Position numbers and translations under genes: made by a program
Source: Eutreptiella sp. 'Long Island Sound 2002'
Taxonomy: Eukaryota > Protista > Euglenida
Assembly (NCBI GenBank): GCA_964036045.1
Contig: OZ038378.1
Span: forward strand, 183,272,001-183,336,000
Direction of reading: 5' to 3'
DNA length: 64,000 nucleotides
Notes under the pieces: generated by a model
Seen by the model: the letters and a program-made list of their open reading frames with translations, nothing else
Told to the model about the DNA's origin: nothing
The model's database searches: none
Shown here: one piece after another, positions 46,410 through 57,639 of the stretch
How positions within the stretch are numbered: position 1 is the first letter of the stretch
Layout: each line of letters starts with the position of its first letter

Positions 46410-47750
46410 TCCTCTAGGGGCAGCGGAGAAAGTAGCTGGAGATTTTGCAAGGCCATAGGCTTTGGCTCACCTGTTCGTTGTCTCATGCTTTGCCATTGGC
46501 AAAGAGTAAAGGACCCACTCTACCGTGTTTTCAGCTCTGTACCTCAGCTTGGCAGCTGGGAAAGAACTTCGCACAGATGCATTTTGCACGATTCGAAGAG
46601 TCATACTGCTTATTTCCTCCCATCTAAAGGGCAATCGCAATCAGAAATTTTGTGGAGACTGGAGGCAAGGGTTTGCTGTGTTCATTTGCAGGAGAGTTGC
46701 ATGGGGTGGTTCGGTCTGGGATATCTTCTTTTGTTGGATCTTGAGAAGTGACGGATTGGATCATCCGAAGTGATAGTGAGTGCTGATTGTGTTTTTCCTG
46801 TTCCATGGTGTTCCATGGTTCCATGGTGTTCCCAGCACACCTTTTGGCCTTTTTCATCGGAGATTGGGGTCCTGCCCTATGTCTGGCGTAACCTGCCTTT
46901 GAAGACTGACTGGGGAGGGCAAATGAACGTGGTGAGAGCGTACTGATGCTTCAGTCTGATTGAACTGCCAAAGATTGCTGCATATGCATCCCAGGGCGTG
47001 CATGTGTGGAGCGCTTTGTGATCTGCATGTGGCCCCCTCTCCCCCGAGCCACCTGCCAAAGCAAGGGGCGCCAAACGGTAGCAGCTGTAGACATGAGGAC
47101 ACCTCCTCGTTGGTACACTAGTACTGACCGGCGGCACTGATACATTCCGTGCCTTCTATGAGAGCCGCTTTGTGAGGTACAAACCAAGGGTAGTGAGGTA
47201 CATAGGGTGTTGCCCCCTTGGTAAGACCTTGTTTCTGAATTGTCAAAGGATGCCTGAGCTCCCAAAGACACGTACCAACCCAGCTTTCCTCCAAGGGTAG
47301 CGGAGATAGTAGGCGCAGATTTTTCAAGAGCCATAAGCCTTGGCATACCTGCACATTGTCTCATGCTTTTCCATTGGCAAAGAGTAAAGGATCCACTCTA
47401 CCGTGTTTTCAGCTCTGTACCTAAGCTTGGCAGCTGGGGAAAGAACTTCGCACAGATGCATTTTGCACGATTCGAAGAGTCATACTGCTTATTTCCTCCC
47501 ATCTAAAGGGCAATCGCAATCAGAAATTTGTGGAGACTGAAGACAAAGGTTTGCTATGTTCATTTGCAGGAGAGTTGCATGGGGTGGTTCCTCTCGTAAA
47601 TTGAAAAACGTTTCATGGTATGCCCAGCAAACATTTTGGCCTTTTTCATCGGAGATTGGGTTCCTACCCTGTGTCTGGCGTGACCTGCCTTTGAAGACTG
47701 ACAGCATTGGGAGGGCAAATGAACGTGGTCAGAGCGTACTGAGAGCACTT
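46410..47750 (+). repeat. Tandem segmental duplication (~880-bp period, second copy with internal deletion)
   Basis: 46482-46710 is nearly identical to 47367-47590, and 46835-46950 to 47630-47745. Confidence 0.9.
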
Positions 47751-48083
47751 GCATCGAGCTGGTAGCGATTGGATTGACTGATGGCCGTTGAAACTTGCCA
47801 ACGATCCTCGAGCGACTGACAGGCCAATGGCCAACCAATGGCCGCTCCAGGGCTGCTCTGTGGCAACCAACGGCGGCGTCACGGAAGGCAGTCCTTTTGT
47901 CCTTTCCTCAAAATGCACCTTTGGAGCGTTATGCATTGCCACGTCCCTTTTCTCAGTGTCATGGAATACTTCTGCCATGAGGTATCGGATGCCCAAGGCA
48001 ACACACAGGAGCGATGCTCTTGAGGCCTGTTGACCCCCGCTGTCATGCCCAACGACTAAGCGGTGAGGCCGGTGTTGGAACCG

Positions 48084-48212
48084 ATGGAACCGATGGAGGA
48101 GGAAGAGTGTCCTCGCCGCAATAGCGATGTGTTTGCCGGCCTCAATTGGGAGCTCACAGAGCAGGGCAAGCGTCTGCAAGAGGCGCTGGACCTGGCGCTG
48201 GACAACTTTCAG
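48084..48212 (+). CDS. TPR-repeat protein, exon 1
   Basis: MEPMEEEECPRRNSDVFAGLNWELTEQGKRLQEALDLALDNFQ; donor GTGGGT at 48213, phase 0. Start codon is uncertain. Confidence 0.65.
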
Positions 48213-49179
48213 GTGGGTTTGCATCACCCACTTCACGACAACAGCATTGGTACTGGGACCAGACTCGTGGGGATGGGAAACTGCGCAGAGGATGCACTCT
48301 TTTCACAACGTGCACTCTGCACTTTGGAGGCATCGAGCTTTCCGCACATTGCAAACCGCATAGTGCACATCGCACATCGCACACCGCACTCATCCTCGAG
48401 CAACCTGCACCGTATGGTGCACTGTTCACACTGTGCTGCACGGCCTGCAGGCCCCCTGTGCGCACTGCACACACGCACTGCACACAGCACGCTGCGATGA
48501 TACTGGTTTTCAGAGTTGCTGACGGCACCTCACACATGTCTCATGGGGCTTTATACAATCTCAGGGGAAATCAGTTCTTCCACGCAAGCCAGCCCCCTCT
48601 TCAGTCCCATTTGGCGTGGGCCTTGAGCAAGTCAACCAAAAGACAGCGGGAGGGAACCTTGGGCCTTAGTCTACCTCTGTCTGAGACTAGAGCGGAAGCA
48701 CACAGGCGACTTTTTGTCCTTGGACTATTTGTCTCATGCTCCGGTGCCTCCTGCAGGACGGTGACTGAGCGTCACCCGGGCAGACTACTGCTGCGAAGAG
48801 AGACCTGACATCCCCGCACTAGCGTCCGGCTCTGCCCCCGCACCCACGTGGCATGGCTCCGCGATGCGCATTGCCCTGAGTGGGGTCAAGACGATACTTG
48901 AACTGACAAACAGCAGCAAAAGGGTGGGGCGGCTCCCATTGCGCGGTTGGTCCCCCACGCCCCATGTGCCCTCTTTCATGAAGTCATACCAGCAAACACA
49001 GACCCACAGACGAATGAACAGCAAGAGCTTAAGGCGGTCGCAAGCCCCGTGAGTGCCCGTTGCATTCGGTTGGGGTCCAAGTCCGCAACAAATCGGATGG
49101 CTCTTTTGGAGACCCTGATGGTGGTTTTGTGTGTCTCCGCCCTCTGCTCCTCTTTGGGAGCATGTCCAATCGGTGTGCC

Positions 49180-49760
49180 ACAGGGGGCTTACGTGTCGGG
49201 CCGGACTGCAAGCCCCCCCCCCCCCCCCTCCCTCAGGACCCCCCAACCCACACCGATGGTGAACAATGAGGAACAACCGACTTGGGCCCCAGTGGGATCA
49301 TCGTAGCACTGGACAGCTCTGAACCTTGACCCCGAGGGGTTGCCTCGAGTACTGTGACGTGAGCAGGCTACGCCAGCTCATCTTGGTCTCGGCAAAAAAA
49401 AAAACAGAAAACAACCGACTTGGGCCCCAGTGGCGCCCGGAACATTCTTTTGGCCTCTGTGGACCAGGGCACAGAATCACCCCCCCCCCCCTACCCCCCC
49501 CATTTGTGGGGAATGGTCAAAGGGAATTGTACCCCCCCGGACTTGTGTGATTTCCAAATGCTCCGAATGAAACAGGGAATTGAACAATTCCCCCAAAACC
49601 CGAAAAAAATCGACCCCCCTCTGGACTTCCCTGCCCACACCGCGAGGGTTGGGGCGCAGGACTGCACTGACCCCCCCCCCCCCGCCCATTGGCGAGAGGC
49701 CAATAGGCGCCGCCACAGGCTAACAGAGCCAACCACCAAGGCCTTGTGCCAAACCCCCCC
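49180..49760 (+). repeat. Interspersed repeat family copy (gtgaacaatgag..aacaacc..ggcgcccgga); further copies at ~55420-55700 and ~55960-56360
   Basis: Direct in-window similarity, e.g. ggaacattcttt..gcctctgtggac...catttgtgg.gaatggt..caa.ggg.attgta.cccccggactt at 49440-49545 and 56076-56180. Confidence 0.85.
49296..49409 (+). mobile_element. 114-bp retroposed insert with poly(A) and 24-bp TSD
   Basis: AACAACCGACTTGGGCCCCAGTGG at 49272-49295 and 49410-49433; A11 tract at 49394-49404; the empty site is represented by the family copy at about 56048-56075. Confidence 0.85.
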
Positions 49761-50158
49761 CCCCCCTGTCGGTGTGCGCAACTCAACGTCTCCTTTTCCC
49801 GCCAACGACGATGAGTCCTCTATCACTGGTATCGGCTGGCAGGCACCGTGCTTCCAACAGCGAGCTTTGGGGCACGCTTGTTGGGTTCTCCTGCCCCATT
49901 CTGCGGCGCCTGTTGGTCATTGGTGGTATTGGTGTCAGCTTCTTTACGTCTGCTGCGGGACGCATCAGGGCAACCAGGATGATCCCGGGAACAGCCGGTG
50001 ACGCGGGGATGATGAGACGGTGCACAAGTTTCAGGTGGTACGGCAAGCACCGGTGCCAATGTGCGCGCGCGCGCGCGCGCACGCACACCCCTCCCGGCTC
50101 CTCCCGCCCCTCGCCTCGTGCGCACCGCGCGCCACTCACCGCGCACACTGCACGCCAG

Positions 50159-51358
50159 GCAGCCAAGACGAAGGACCAGCTAAAGGACAAGGTCAAGGCC
50201 GGGCGGATTTGCATGCAGGAGCTGAAGGAGATGGGGCTCCTTCAGGAGGAGTTCGGGGGCTTCACGGTGTTGCCCACCCTGACCATCTGCAAAGCCCAGA
50301 TCTGCAACATCGTGTTCCAGCAGGCCATGGCCCTGGAGAGCCACGGCAACCTCATGGAGGCGGCGGGGCTGCTGCAGCGGCTGGTCGCCTATAACGGCGA
50401 CTACATGTACGCCCGGCTCGGCTGGGCGTGGGTGCTCCTGAAACTCGGGAGGAAGGACCCCAGTAGCCTGCGGAGGGCACTGGCCGTGCTGAACAAGGCG
50501 GTGCAGACCGACCCCGACCACCCGGGGGCCTACGCCCTGTCGGCCGTGGCGCACTGCCGCCGGGGCGAGAACCGCGCGGCCCTGGCCTCGCTCGGGGCCT
50601 ACGCCGCGCGGCAGCCGCAGCTGTGGCGGTCCGCCGAGGCCGGCCCGAGCCCCACGGTGGCCCTGATGTACCTCCTCCGCGGCGAGATCAAGCGGGCCCT
50701 CGCCGACGGGGACGCCGCGGCCGTCGCGGACGCCGCGGCCGACGCCGACGTGGCCCTGCGGCTCGACGCCGACGGGGCGCAGTACGTGGGCAAGGGCCTG
50801 GCGGACGACGGGCACGTCTGGGCGCTGCTGACGCGGTACGTGGACCTGCTGCCCCCCGCCCTCGCGCACTGCCTCGACGGCCTGCCCCCCGACGAGGCCG
50901 ACCCGGACTCCGTCTCGCGGCTCGAGGCGCTGACGGACTTCGTGCGGCTGTTCGCCGGGGCGCCGCCGGCGGAGGAGGACGATGGGGACGCGCTGCAGAT
51001 CGGCGACCTCCCGGCGCAGCTCGGCGCCGCCGAAGCCGTGTTCTGGGACGAGCTGCGGATGTCGTCGGGCGGGGCGGAACCGACGGGGGAAGGGGCGGGG
51101 CAGTCGCCGGACCAAACGGCGCAGGTGGACGCACCGGGCGCAGCAGCCGTGCGCAGCAGCAGTGCGGGGGCCGGCGACCGCATGGCCCTCGCCGTGACTG
51201 AGGCGCGCGCTGAGGACGACCCCCGCTTCACTTATAGTCAGGGGAGGCGCCTGACGATCCTGGAGCGGCGGCTCAGCAGGTCCTCCTTCTTTGCCCCCTC
51301 TGTGTCGCGGCCGGGCACTGTCCCCCCTCCTGCCCCTTCAGATTCCTCGGGGGGTTGA
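50159..51358 (+). CDS. TPR-repeat protein, exon 2 (gene ~442 aa)
   Basis: cgccAG acceptor at 50157-50158, phase 0; TPR-like helical pairs (AAGLLQRLVAYNGDYMYARLGWAWV; ALAVLNKAVQTDPDHPGAYALSAVAH); very high GC3. Confidence 0.8.
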   Translation, partial: AAKTKDQLKDKVKAGRICMQELKEMGLLQEEFGGFTVLPTLTICKAQICNIVFQQAMALESHGNLMEAAGLLQRLVAYNGDYMYARLGWAWVLLKLGRKDPSSLRRALAVLNKAVQTDPDHPGAYALSAVAHCRRGENRAALASLGAYAARQPQLWRSAEAGPSPTVALMYLLRGEIKRALADGDAAAVADAAADADVALRLDADGAQYVGKGLADDGHVWALLTRYVDLLPPALAHCLDGLPPDEADPDSVSRLEALTDFVRLFAGAPPAEEDDGDALQIGDLPAQLGAAEAVFWDELRMSSGGAEPTGEGAGQSPDQTAQVDAPGAAAVRSSSAGAGDRMALAVTEARAEDDPRFTYSQGRRLTILERRLSRSSFFAPSVSRPGTVPPPAPSDSSGG

Positions 51359-52077
51359 AAGAAGGTGGATGCTTCTGAGGGGATTCGATGCTTGCACTGC
51401 CTATGCTGCCAGTGCTGCAGGGGTGTGTGGTCGTCCGCCTGCTGCCATGCCTTGTGCACTGTCACGTCACTCGAAGGCAATGTCAATGCCATCGACATAT
51501 GCCCTGTGTTGTGTGACCTGGACGTGTAGACCATGTGGCATTGTGTTGTTGCGTCTTTGCCCTTGAGATCCCCAAGAGCGAGCAGCAGGGCGTCCAGCTG
51601 TCCCATCGGGCTGTGCCTGACCGTCAGCCCGGGGCACCCGCGTGGTCCACCGCTGGATTCAAATCACCTGCGGTTGGACCCTGCCTGACCATCGATTTCC
51701 ATGAGCCCGATGGAGTCGGATCGAGAGAGGCCCGTGCCCACGTCCGAGGCACGACCGCGTCAGCGACCACACAAGGAGACCTCGTGCCGGAGCAGGCCGA
51801 GCCTCTGCAACACTTGTTGCTGACGGCTTCACAGCGCCCTGTGACAGTCGCAGCAACACGCTGCCGAGCACGCCCCTGCCCCGCCCTCCCTCCTTTTCTC
51901 CGCGGCGTTTGAGGGTTCTGTCCACACGGTCCTCTGGATTTGCGCTGCGGGTCCACGGTGCCCCTCATGTTCTCGTGCCACGAATACTTGTGCCCTGCCT
52001 CTTTGCTAGGGGCCTTACCCTCCATCTCCCCTCCGTCCCTTTTTCCCAGGCAACCGGGATTGGACGGGCCGAACGCC

Positions 52078-54045
52078 ATGCAGGACAAGCCCGAAATATT
52101 GCCACTGAGCCGGCAGGACGTGCAGAAGGTGAACGCGCTGATTGACGGCAAACCGATCGGGGTTGATGGTCACAAGCATTCGCTGAGAAAGTTCAAGCGC
52201 CTGGCGTTGGCGGCCCGCAGAGAGGCACTGGAACCCAAGCGGGGGAGCACTGCCAGCGGTGGAGGCGGTCCGGCGCGCAGGCCCAGTGAAGTGAAGCAGC
52301 AGCAGCAGCGCAGGCCCAGTGAAGTGAAGCAGCAGCAGCGCAGAAGCCCTGCGGAAAGGTGGCACCAGGCCATACACATGGTGCAGGAAAAGGGCGCGAA
52401 AAGTAAGAAAAAGCGCCCGTCGATGGACCACGCGGCGAAGTCGGACCCGAGGTCTCCCAAGAGGGCCATGAGCCCCAAATACAGATCGGACCCGGGGAGT
52501 CCCAAGCCCAAGCACAAGCCGTGGAGCCCCCGGGCCGGCCGGCGCTGGAGAGGGATGAGGGTCGTGGTGTCCGACGACTCCAGCAGCAGCGAACCGGAGA
52601 CGTGGTGCGGGCCGCCGGTCCCGCGCGTCCCGCCGCGGGTGCCGGTCCCGCCCCTCAAACTGTGGGTGCTCGGGATCGGGAAGTCGCCCTCGGAAGCGGG
52701 GCTGAGCGAGCGGGAGGCGGGGCTGAGCGAGTCGGACGTGAGCGAGTCGGACGTGGCGCCGGAGCCGGCGAAGAAGGCGGAGGAGGCCCTGGAGCCGCTG
52801 GTGTCCCCGATCGACGGGGCGAACACCCCCGAGGCCCCGAAGGCGCCGTCGAAGGCCAAGGGGGACGACGGGGGGCTGCAGGCACTGATCTCCGACTTCT
52901 CCTTCGGGTCGACCATGCTGGCCAGCGAGGGCAGCAGCGTCCTCTCCGGGCGGAAGAAGGGCCGGCACGACGCTCTGAAGCGGCGCATCATCTCCAAATG
53001 GGTGAAGCAGACCGCCCCGAAAGGCCCCCCGGCCTTCCCAAAGCCCGCGCCCTCCTCCCCGAAGCCCGCGGGCAGCCCCGTGCACCCGCACGGCCCCGCC
53101 CGCACGCCCAAGCGCGGCGCCCACGCGCGGCCGCCCTCCCCCGCGGGGCCCGCGCCGGACATGTGCACGGGCGACATGGCGGACGCGGAGGCGGAGTGCG
53201 CGGCGCTGGCGCTGCACGACGCGGTCGTGCGGGACACGGACTATGCGGCGTTGCTGGCGGTTGGGGCCAACGGGGAGCAGATGCTGGAGGTCATCAGCCG
53301 CCAGGCCGCGTGCTGGGCCGAGAAGGTGCGGCGCGAGACGCGCGCCGCCGCGCCCCGCAAGGGGCCCCTGAGCCCCCCGGGCCTGAGGGTCCCCCGCTTC
53401 GGGCCCCCGGACCCAACGCCGGGGACCCACATGTCCACCGCGGACCCGCAGGTCCGGGGGCAGCACCTGCAGCCGGCCTTTGTGGCGCACCGGCGGCCGC
53501 TCGTGCAGAAGTTCAACACCGTGGGCTGCCTGGGGGGGGGCTGGCGGCGGCTGGAGCAGGCCAAGGGCAAGGGGGGCCGCAGCCCGTCCGTCGGGGCGGC
53601 GCCGCTGGACAGCACGACCCCCGACGAGGCCGAGGCGTCGCAGGAGGAGGCGTGGCTGCGGCAGCACATGCGGGGCACGCCCCTCGGCGGTGCAAAGAGG
53701 TACCCCATTGGGACCCCGGGCCAGACCGACGCCGCGTCCCGGGCCGCGGCGCCAGGGTCGAGCCTGGCGGAGGGCGCCGCCGGGCCGGCGGTGGCGGCGC
53801 CCACCGCGGCGGCGGAGGTGGCGCCGGCCGCGGTCGCGCCGGTCAAGTCGGCCGCTGATGTGGCGCCGGGTTCGGCTGGTGACGTTGGCGGGGGCCGGGG
53901 CCGGGACAAGGTGCAGGTGTTGGGGGTCAGCAGCCAGGCGGCGCAGCGCGTGCCGCTGAGGCGGCGCCGCCGGTGGATCTACCACCGTTCCAGCCTTGAG
54001 CTGATTGCGGTGCCGCGCGTCGCAGGGGCGTGCCCGGCGGGTTAG
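52078..54045 (+). CDS. Low-complexity Pro/Ala/Ser/Lys-rich orphan protein (~655 aa)
   Basis: 1.97-kb open frame with GC3 bias; ttttcccAG acceptor at 52048-52049 upstream (cis exon or trans-splice site unresolved); internal duplication RPSEVKQQQ(Q)R. Confidence 0.7.
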   Translation: MQDKPEILPLSRQDVQKVNALIDGKPIGVDGHKHSLRKFKRLALAARREALEPKRGSTASGGGGPARRPSEVKQQQQRRPSEVKQQQRRSPAERWHQAIHMVQEKGAKSKKKRPSMDHAAKSDPRSPKRAMSPKYRSDPGSPKPKHKPWSPRAGRRWRGMRVVVSDDSSSSEPETWCGPPVPRVPPRVPVPPLKLWVLGIGKSPSEAGLSEREAGLSESDVSESDVAPEPAKKAEEALEPLVSPIDGANTPEAPKAPSKAKGDDGGLQALISDFSFGSTMLASEGSSVLSGRKKGRHDALKRRIISKWVKQTAPKGPPAFPKPAPSSPKPAGSPVHPHGPARTPKRGAHARPPSPAGPAPDMCTGDMADAEAECAALALHDAVVRDTDYAALLAVGANGEQMLEVISRQAACWAEKVRRETRAAAPRKGPLSPPGLRVPRFGPPDPTPGTHMSTADPQVRGQHLQPAFVAHRRPLVQKFNTVGCLGGGWRRLEQAKGKGGRSPSVGAAPLDSTTPDEAEASQEEAWLRQHMRGTPLGGAKRYPIGTPGQTDAASRAAAPGSSLAEGAAGPAVAAPTAAAEVAPAAVAPVKSAADVAPGSAGDVGGGRGRDKVQVLGVSSQAAQRVPLRRRRRWIYHRSSLELIAVPRVAGACPAG

Positions 54046-54409
54046 GGCGGGAGGTCTTGGCGCATGGGCCGAGGGGATACGGGGGATGAGGGGGAAGGGG
54101 TAGAGCCGGAGGAGGGACGTGTACGCACCGACAAGCCTCCTCGGTATCCGGTTTGCCGGATACCTTGCATTTCCCCCATTTTTCCATGCGGATAAGGGCA
54201 TACGCATACGCATTTCCTCTTTTTTTTTTGGTAATCAGAATCTGGTGACACCCTGGGCCTGGAGCGCATGGGAGAACGCCATGCCACCGCACGACACCAC
54301 CCTCCCACACCCGCTCTGGGGTAGCCAGCAGCCGCCGCCGTCCTCCCGAGAGGGCGACCTGATGCGGATCTTGCGGGACCTTGCCGCCCCGCCCCCATAA
54401 CCCTTTTCT

Positions 54410-54715
54410 GCGCCTTCCCATGTTCCGTAGATATCCCGGCGCCAGGCTCCAGCCTGCATGCCCTTGTTCTGTGCATACCTGGGCCCCAGGCTTCAGCCTC
54501 TAAACCCCATCTCTGCCCTCCATCCCTCACTCTCGCCTGACCTCCTTGGCCTTTTGTTATGTTTTGTGCTCCAGAATGGGGGTTTCGTTTGTAGGGCTGG
54601 TCTTGGGACCTTTGGACAGGGCACACCCACACACACAGAGGTATCCGTGCAGCCCGTCCCCTTGTGCCAGCCTTTTGAAACTGTCCAGGCAAGCCCCTGC
54701 GCTGGGGGGGCTTAC
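54410..54715 (+). repeat. High-identity direct repeat; second copy at 55707-55968
   Basis: gcgccttcccatgttc.gtagatat.ccggcgccaggc...ccaggcaagcccctgcgctg shared between the two sites. Confidence 0.9.
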
Positions 54716-57514
54716 CCCCCGCACCCACCCCCCGTGCAAACACAGGCTTGCCTAAGCATGGGGACCCCGTCTGACCGTCGCTTTTCTGGATTTGTTCTGA
54801 CCGCGGTTTTTTTGGTCAGAAGTGTACCGGGACGTGGTTGTGTTCCGATCGTGGAGGGAAAGAGGGGGTGTGTCATGCTTGTGGTAGTTCCTCCTGGTGA
54901 GCTATGTGTTTGAGGGCAAGCTTTCCTTCACCAAAGATACTGTGGAGGACAGCTTTGTACCAACGACTTAGAAGCCCAAACCCATTCCAAAACCTCCAGC
55001 CAAGGCCGCTCCAAAGCCTGCCCCAAAGCGCAAGCCTGCAATTGCTTACGATGAGGCGCAGGGTTGGAAAGGGCTTCCATTCTACAGCTCCTGATGCCCC
55101 TCATGGGCAGTGAGGACATCAAGAGCATGCTGAATTTTGCCTGCACATTGTGTTGTGGTGCCCGGTTATGACGATTCTGGTTGGGGTGAGGTATGGGCAG
55201 GTTTTCGCTACACCTACCACCGCCCCCCCGTGTCAATGGCCCGGGCCATGTTTCTTCTTTCGAGAGGGGGGGTCCATTGGCATGGGGGGTCCATTGGCAT
55301 GGGGGGGGTGGTACTTTTCGTACCACGTGCTGCGCACAAGCACGGCCTTGTCTGAGAGGGAATCCCGTCTGACCATTGGTTTCCAGACTTTCAGTGTGCT
55401 TGTCCAAAGGTGGGCGTACGTGTTGCCCCCCCCCCCCTCCCCCGGACCTCCAACCCACACCAGCAGTGAACAATGAGGAACAACCACCTTGGGCCCAAGC
55501 GGCGCCCGGATATTTTTCTTTTTGCCTCTGTGGACGGGGGCTCAGAATTTGCCCCTCCCTCACCTTTCCCCCCATTTCCCCCAATTTATAGTGAATGGGC
55601 AAAGGACTTTTTAACCCCCGCCCTTAGCCCCCCCTCCCCCCCAGAACCCCTGCCCACGCCGAGGGGGTTGGGGCCCAGAACTGAACTGAAGATTCCCCCG
55701 TGTCCTGCGCCTTCCCATGTTCTGTAGATATGCCGGCGCCAGGCTTCAGCCTGCATGCCCTTGTTCTGTGCATACCTGGGCCCCAGGCTTCAGCCTCTAA
55801 ACCCCATCTCTGCCCTCCATCCCTCTCTCTCGCCTGACCTTTCGTCTGTAGGGCTGGTCTTGGGACCTTTGGACAGGGCACACCCACACAGGGGCATCCG
55901 TGCAGCCCGTCCCCTTGTGCCAGCCCTTTGAAACTGTCCAGGCAAGCCCCTGCGCTGCGGGGCTTACATGTCGGGCCAGAACCCCCCCCCCCCCCCTCAG
56001 GAACCCCCAGCCCACCAGTACCAATACCAGCAGTGAACAATGAGTAACAACCAGTTTGCGCCCCAGCGGCGCCCGGAACATTCTTTTCGCCTCTGTGGAC
56101 GGGGGTTGCAGAACCCCCCCCCCCCTATCCCCCCCATTTGTGGTGAATGGTACAAGGGGATTGTAACCCCCCGGACTTATGTGTATTCAAAATGCTCCGA
56201 ATGAAACGGAGAGCTCCCCCCAAAACCCAAATAAAGTACCCACCGCTTGGAGAGGGCAACCGACCGGGCTCCTGGGTCCGCCCCCCAGGCCCACCCCACG
56301 CCACGGGGGCTGGGGCCCAGAACGGAATTGAAGAGCCCCCGTGTGAGCCCCAATTCTCTCTGTCCCTGACAGGCATGGCTGGGGCAGGCGCCGCGCAGAT
56401 TTTCCCTCTGAAGGTGCTGCATCACACGGATCGGGATGTGCTCCTCGTGTTTGAAGGGGCTTCCATAGGAGAGTGGTTCGTGTTTCGCCGCGAATGGCCC
56501 ATTTTATGGACAGTGCTGTTAGGGTTTGCCGCAGACAGCCCCCTCTCCTGCAGTGAAGGGGTGTGCCACACCGGACAAAACAAGTGTGCCACAGTTGTGT
56601 GCCCTCTGAATGAATGGATTCCTGGCTTTGACAAACAAGGCCATCCACACGGTTTGTCCGCCAGCTGGACGTACATGTCTAACCTGCGTTGCAGATGTGC
56701 TTGTGGCTCTGCCGGGGGAATTTACCCCACGCCCCTCCCCTCAACCTCTATGCCCCCCCCCCCCCCTGTCTTGACCCAACACCACTCAGGGGCTGATTAG
56801 GAGGGCATGGGGAGCTGGAGGCCGGCAGTTTGTCTGGGTCAGGGTTGCTTTCGCATAGCGGAGGTGTGATGGCGCCCCTGGTGTTGGAGGGGTCCTTAGT
56901 GCCAGTTCCCACGGCTTGACAGGTCTGCAGGGCACCAGAGCACGGGTGGCAGCGGTAGCGGCGGGCGGTGGCAAAGCTGGGGACTAGGCCCAAGGGTCGG
57001 CCAGACTCCCCTCCCGGCGGCCCCTCCCACAGGGCACAGCGGGAGGGCGGGCACAACGGCGGGCTGTGCCAAGAGGCGCACTGGCGGTCGTGCCACGGCA
57101 GTCGAACTGCAGCTGAAGTCTCCCATGGGGCTAGCGCAGCAGAAGCCACAGAGTCTCCCATGCACGTGGCCGACAGTCCGAACACGACCAGCACCAGACG
57201 ATGGCCGCGTTCCTGCTTGCCGCTGACGGGTCAAGTTCAGCATTAGGACCAAGAGGGCCGACGCGGCACGGTGGTATGCGGAAGCGAGAAGGGCATGTGC
57301 TTTCCCACGTATGATAGTGCTCACCTGCCGTACCCAGATGTGGGTGGCCCAGAAGGGCGGGGGGAGGGGAACACTCCCCTTCCCCGGCAACTAGAGCCTA
57401 CCCCCTTCGCGCAAGCACTGCCTTGTCTCAGCACGGCAACCCCGTCTGACCGTTGTTTGTCTGACCACTCCTTTCCTGTTTCCTCTCGTGGGCACTGCCT
57501 TGTCTAAGCACGCC

Positions 57515-57639
57515 CACCATGACCGTGGCTTCGCCGCGTTTGGAACTATTCGTGGCCGTGGCTCTGCCGCATTCCCTGAATACGCACTGATGAGTTACCG
57601 GTGTGATGCCGGAGGGTGACGACCATCGTCGAATTATGG
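57515..57639. mobile_element. 125-bp structured insert flanked by an 11-bp direct repeat (CTAAGCACGCC)
   Basis: Repeat at 57504-57514 and 57640-57650. The host repeat (gcactgccttgtct.agcacg...accc.gtctga, uninterrupted at 57415-57450) resumes after the insert. Contains CTGATGA and three hairpins. Confidence 0.7.

Noticed and set aside
52015-54213. 732-aa and other long overlapping ORFs; similar cases at 26088-28729 and 50180-51231
   Set aside because: Stop-codon scarcity in very GC-rich exons; Arg/Gly/Pro-biased translations with no motifs.
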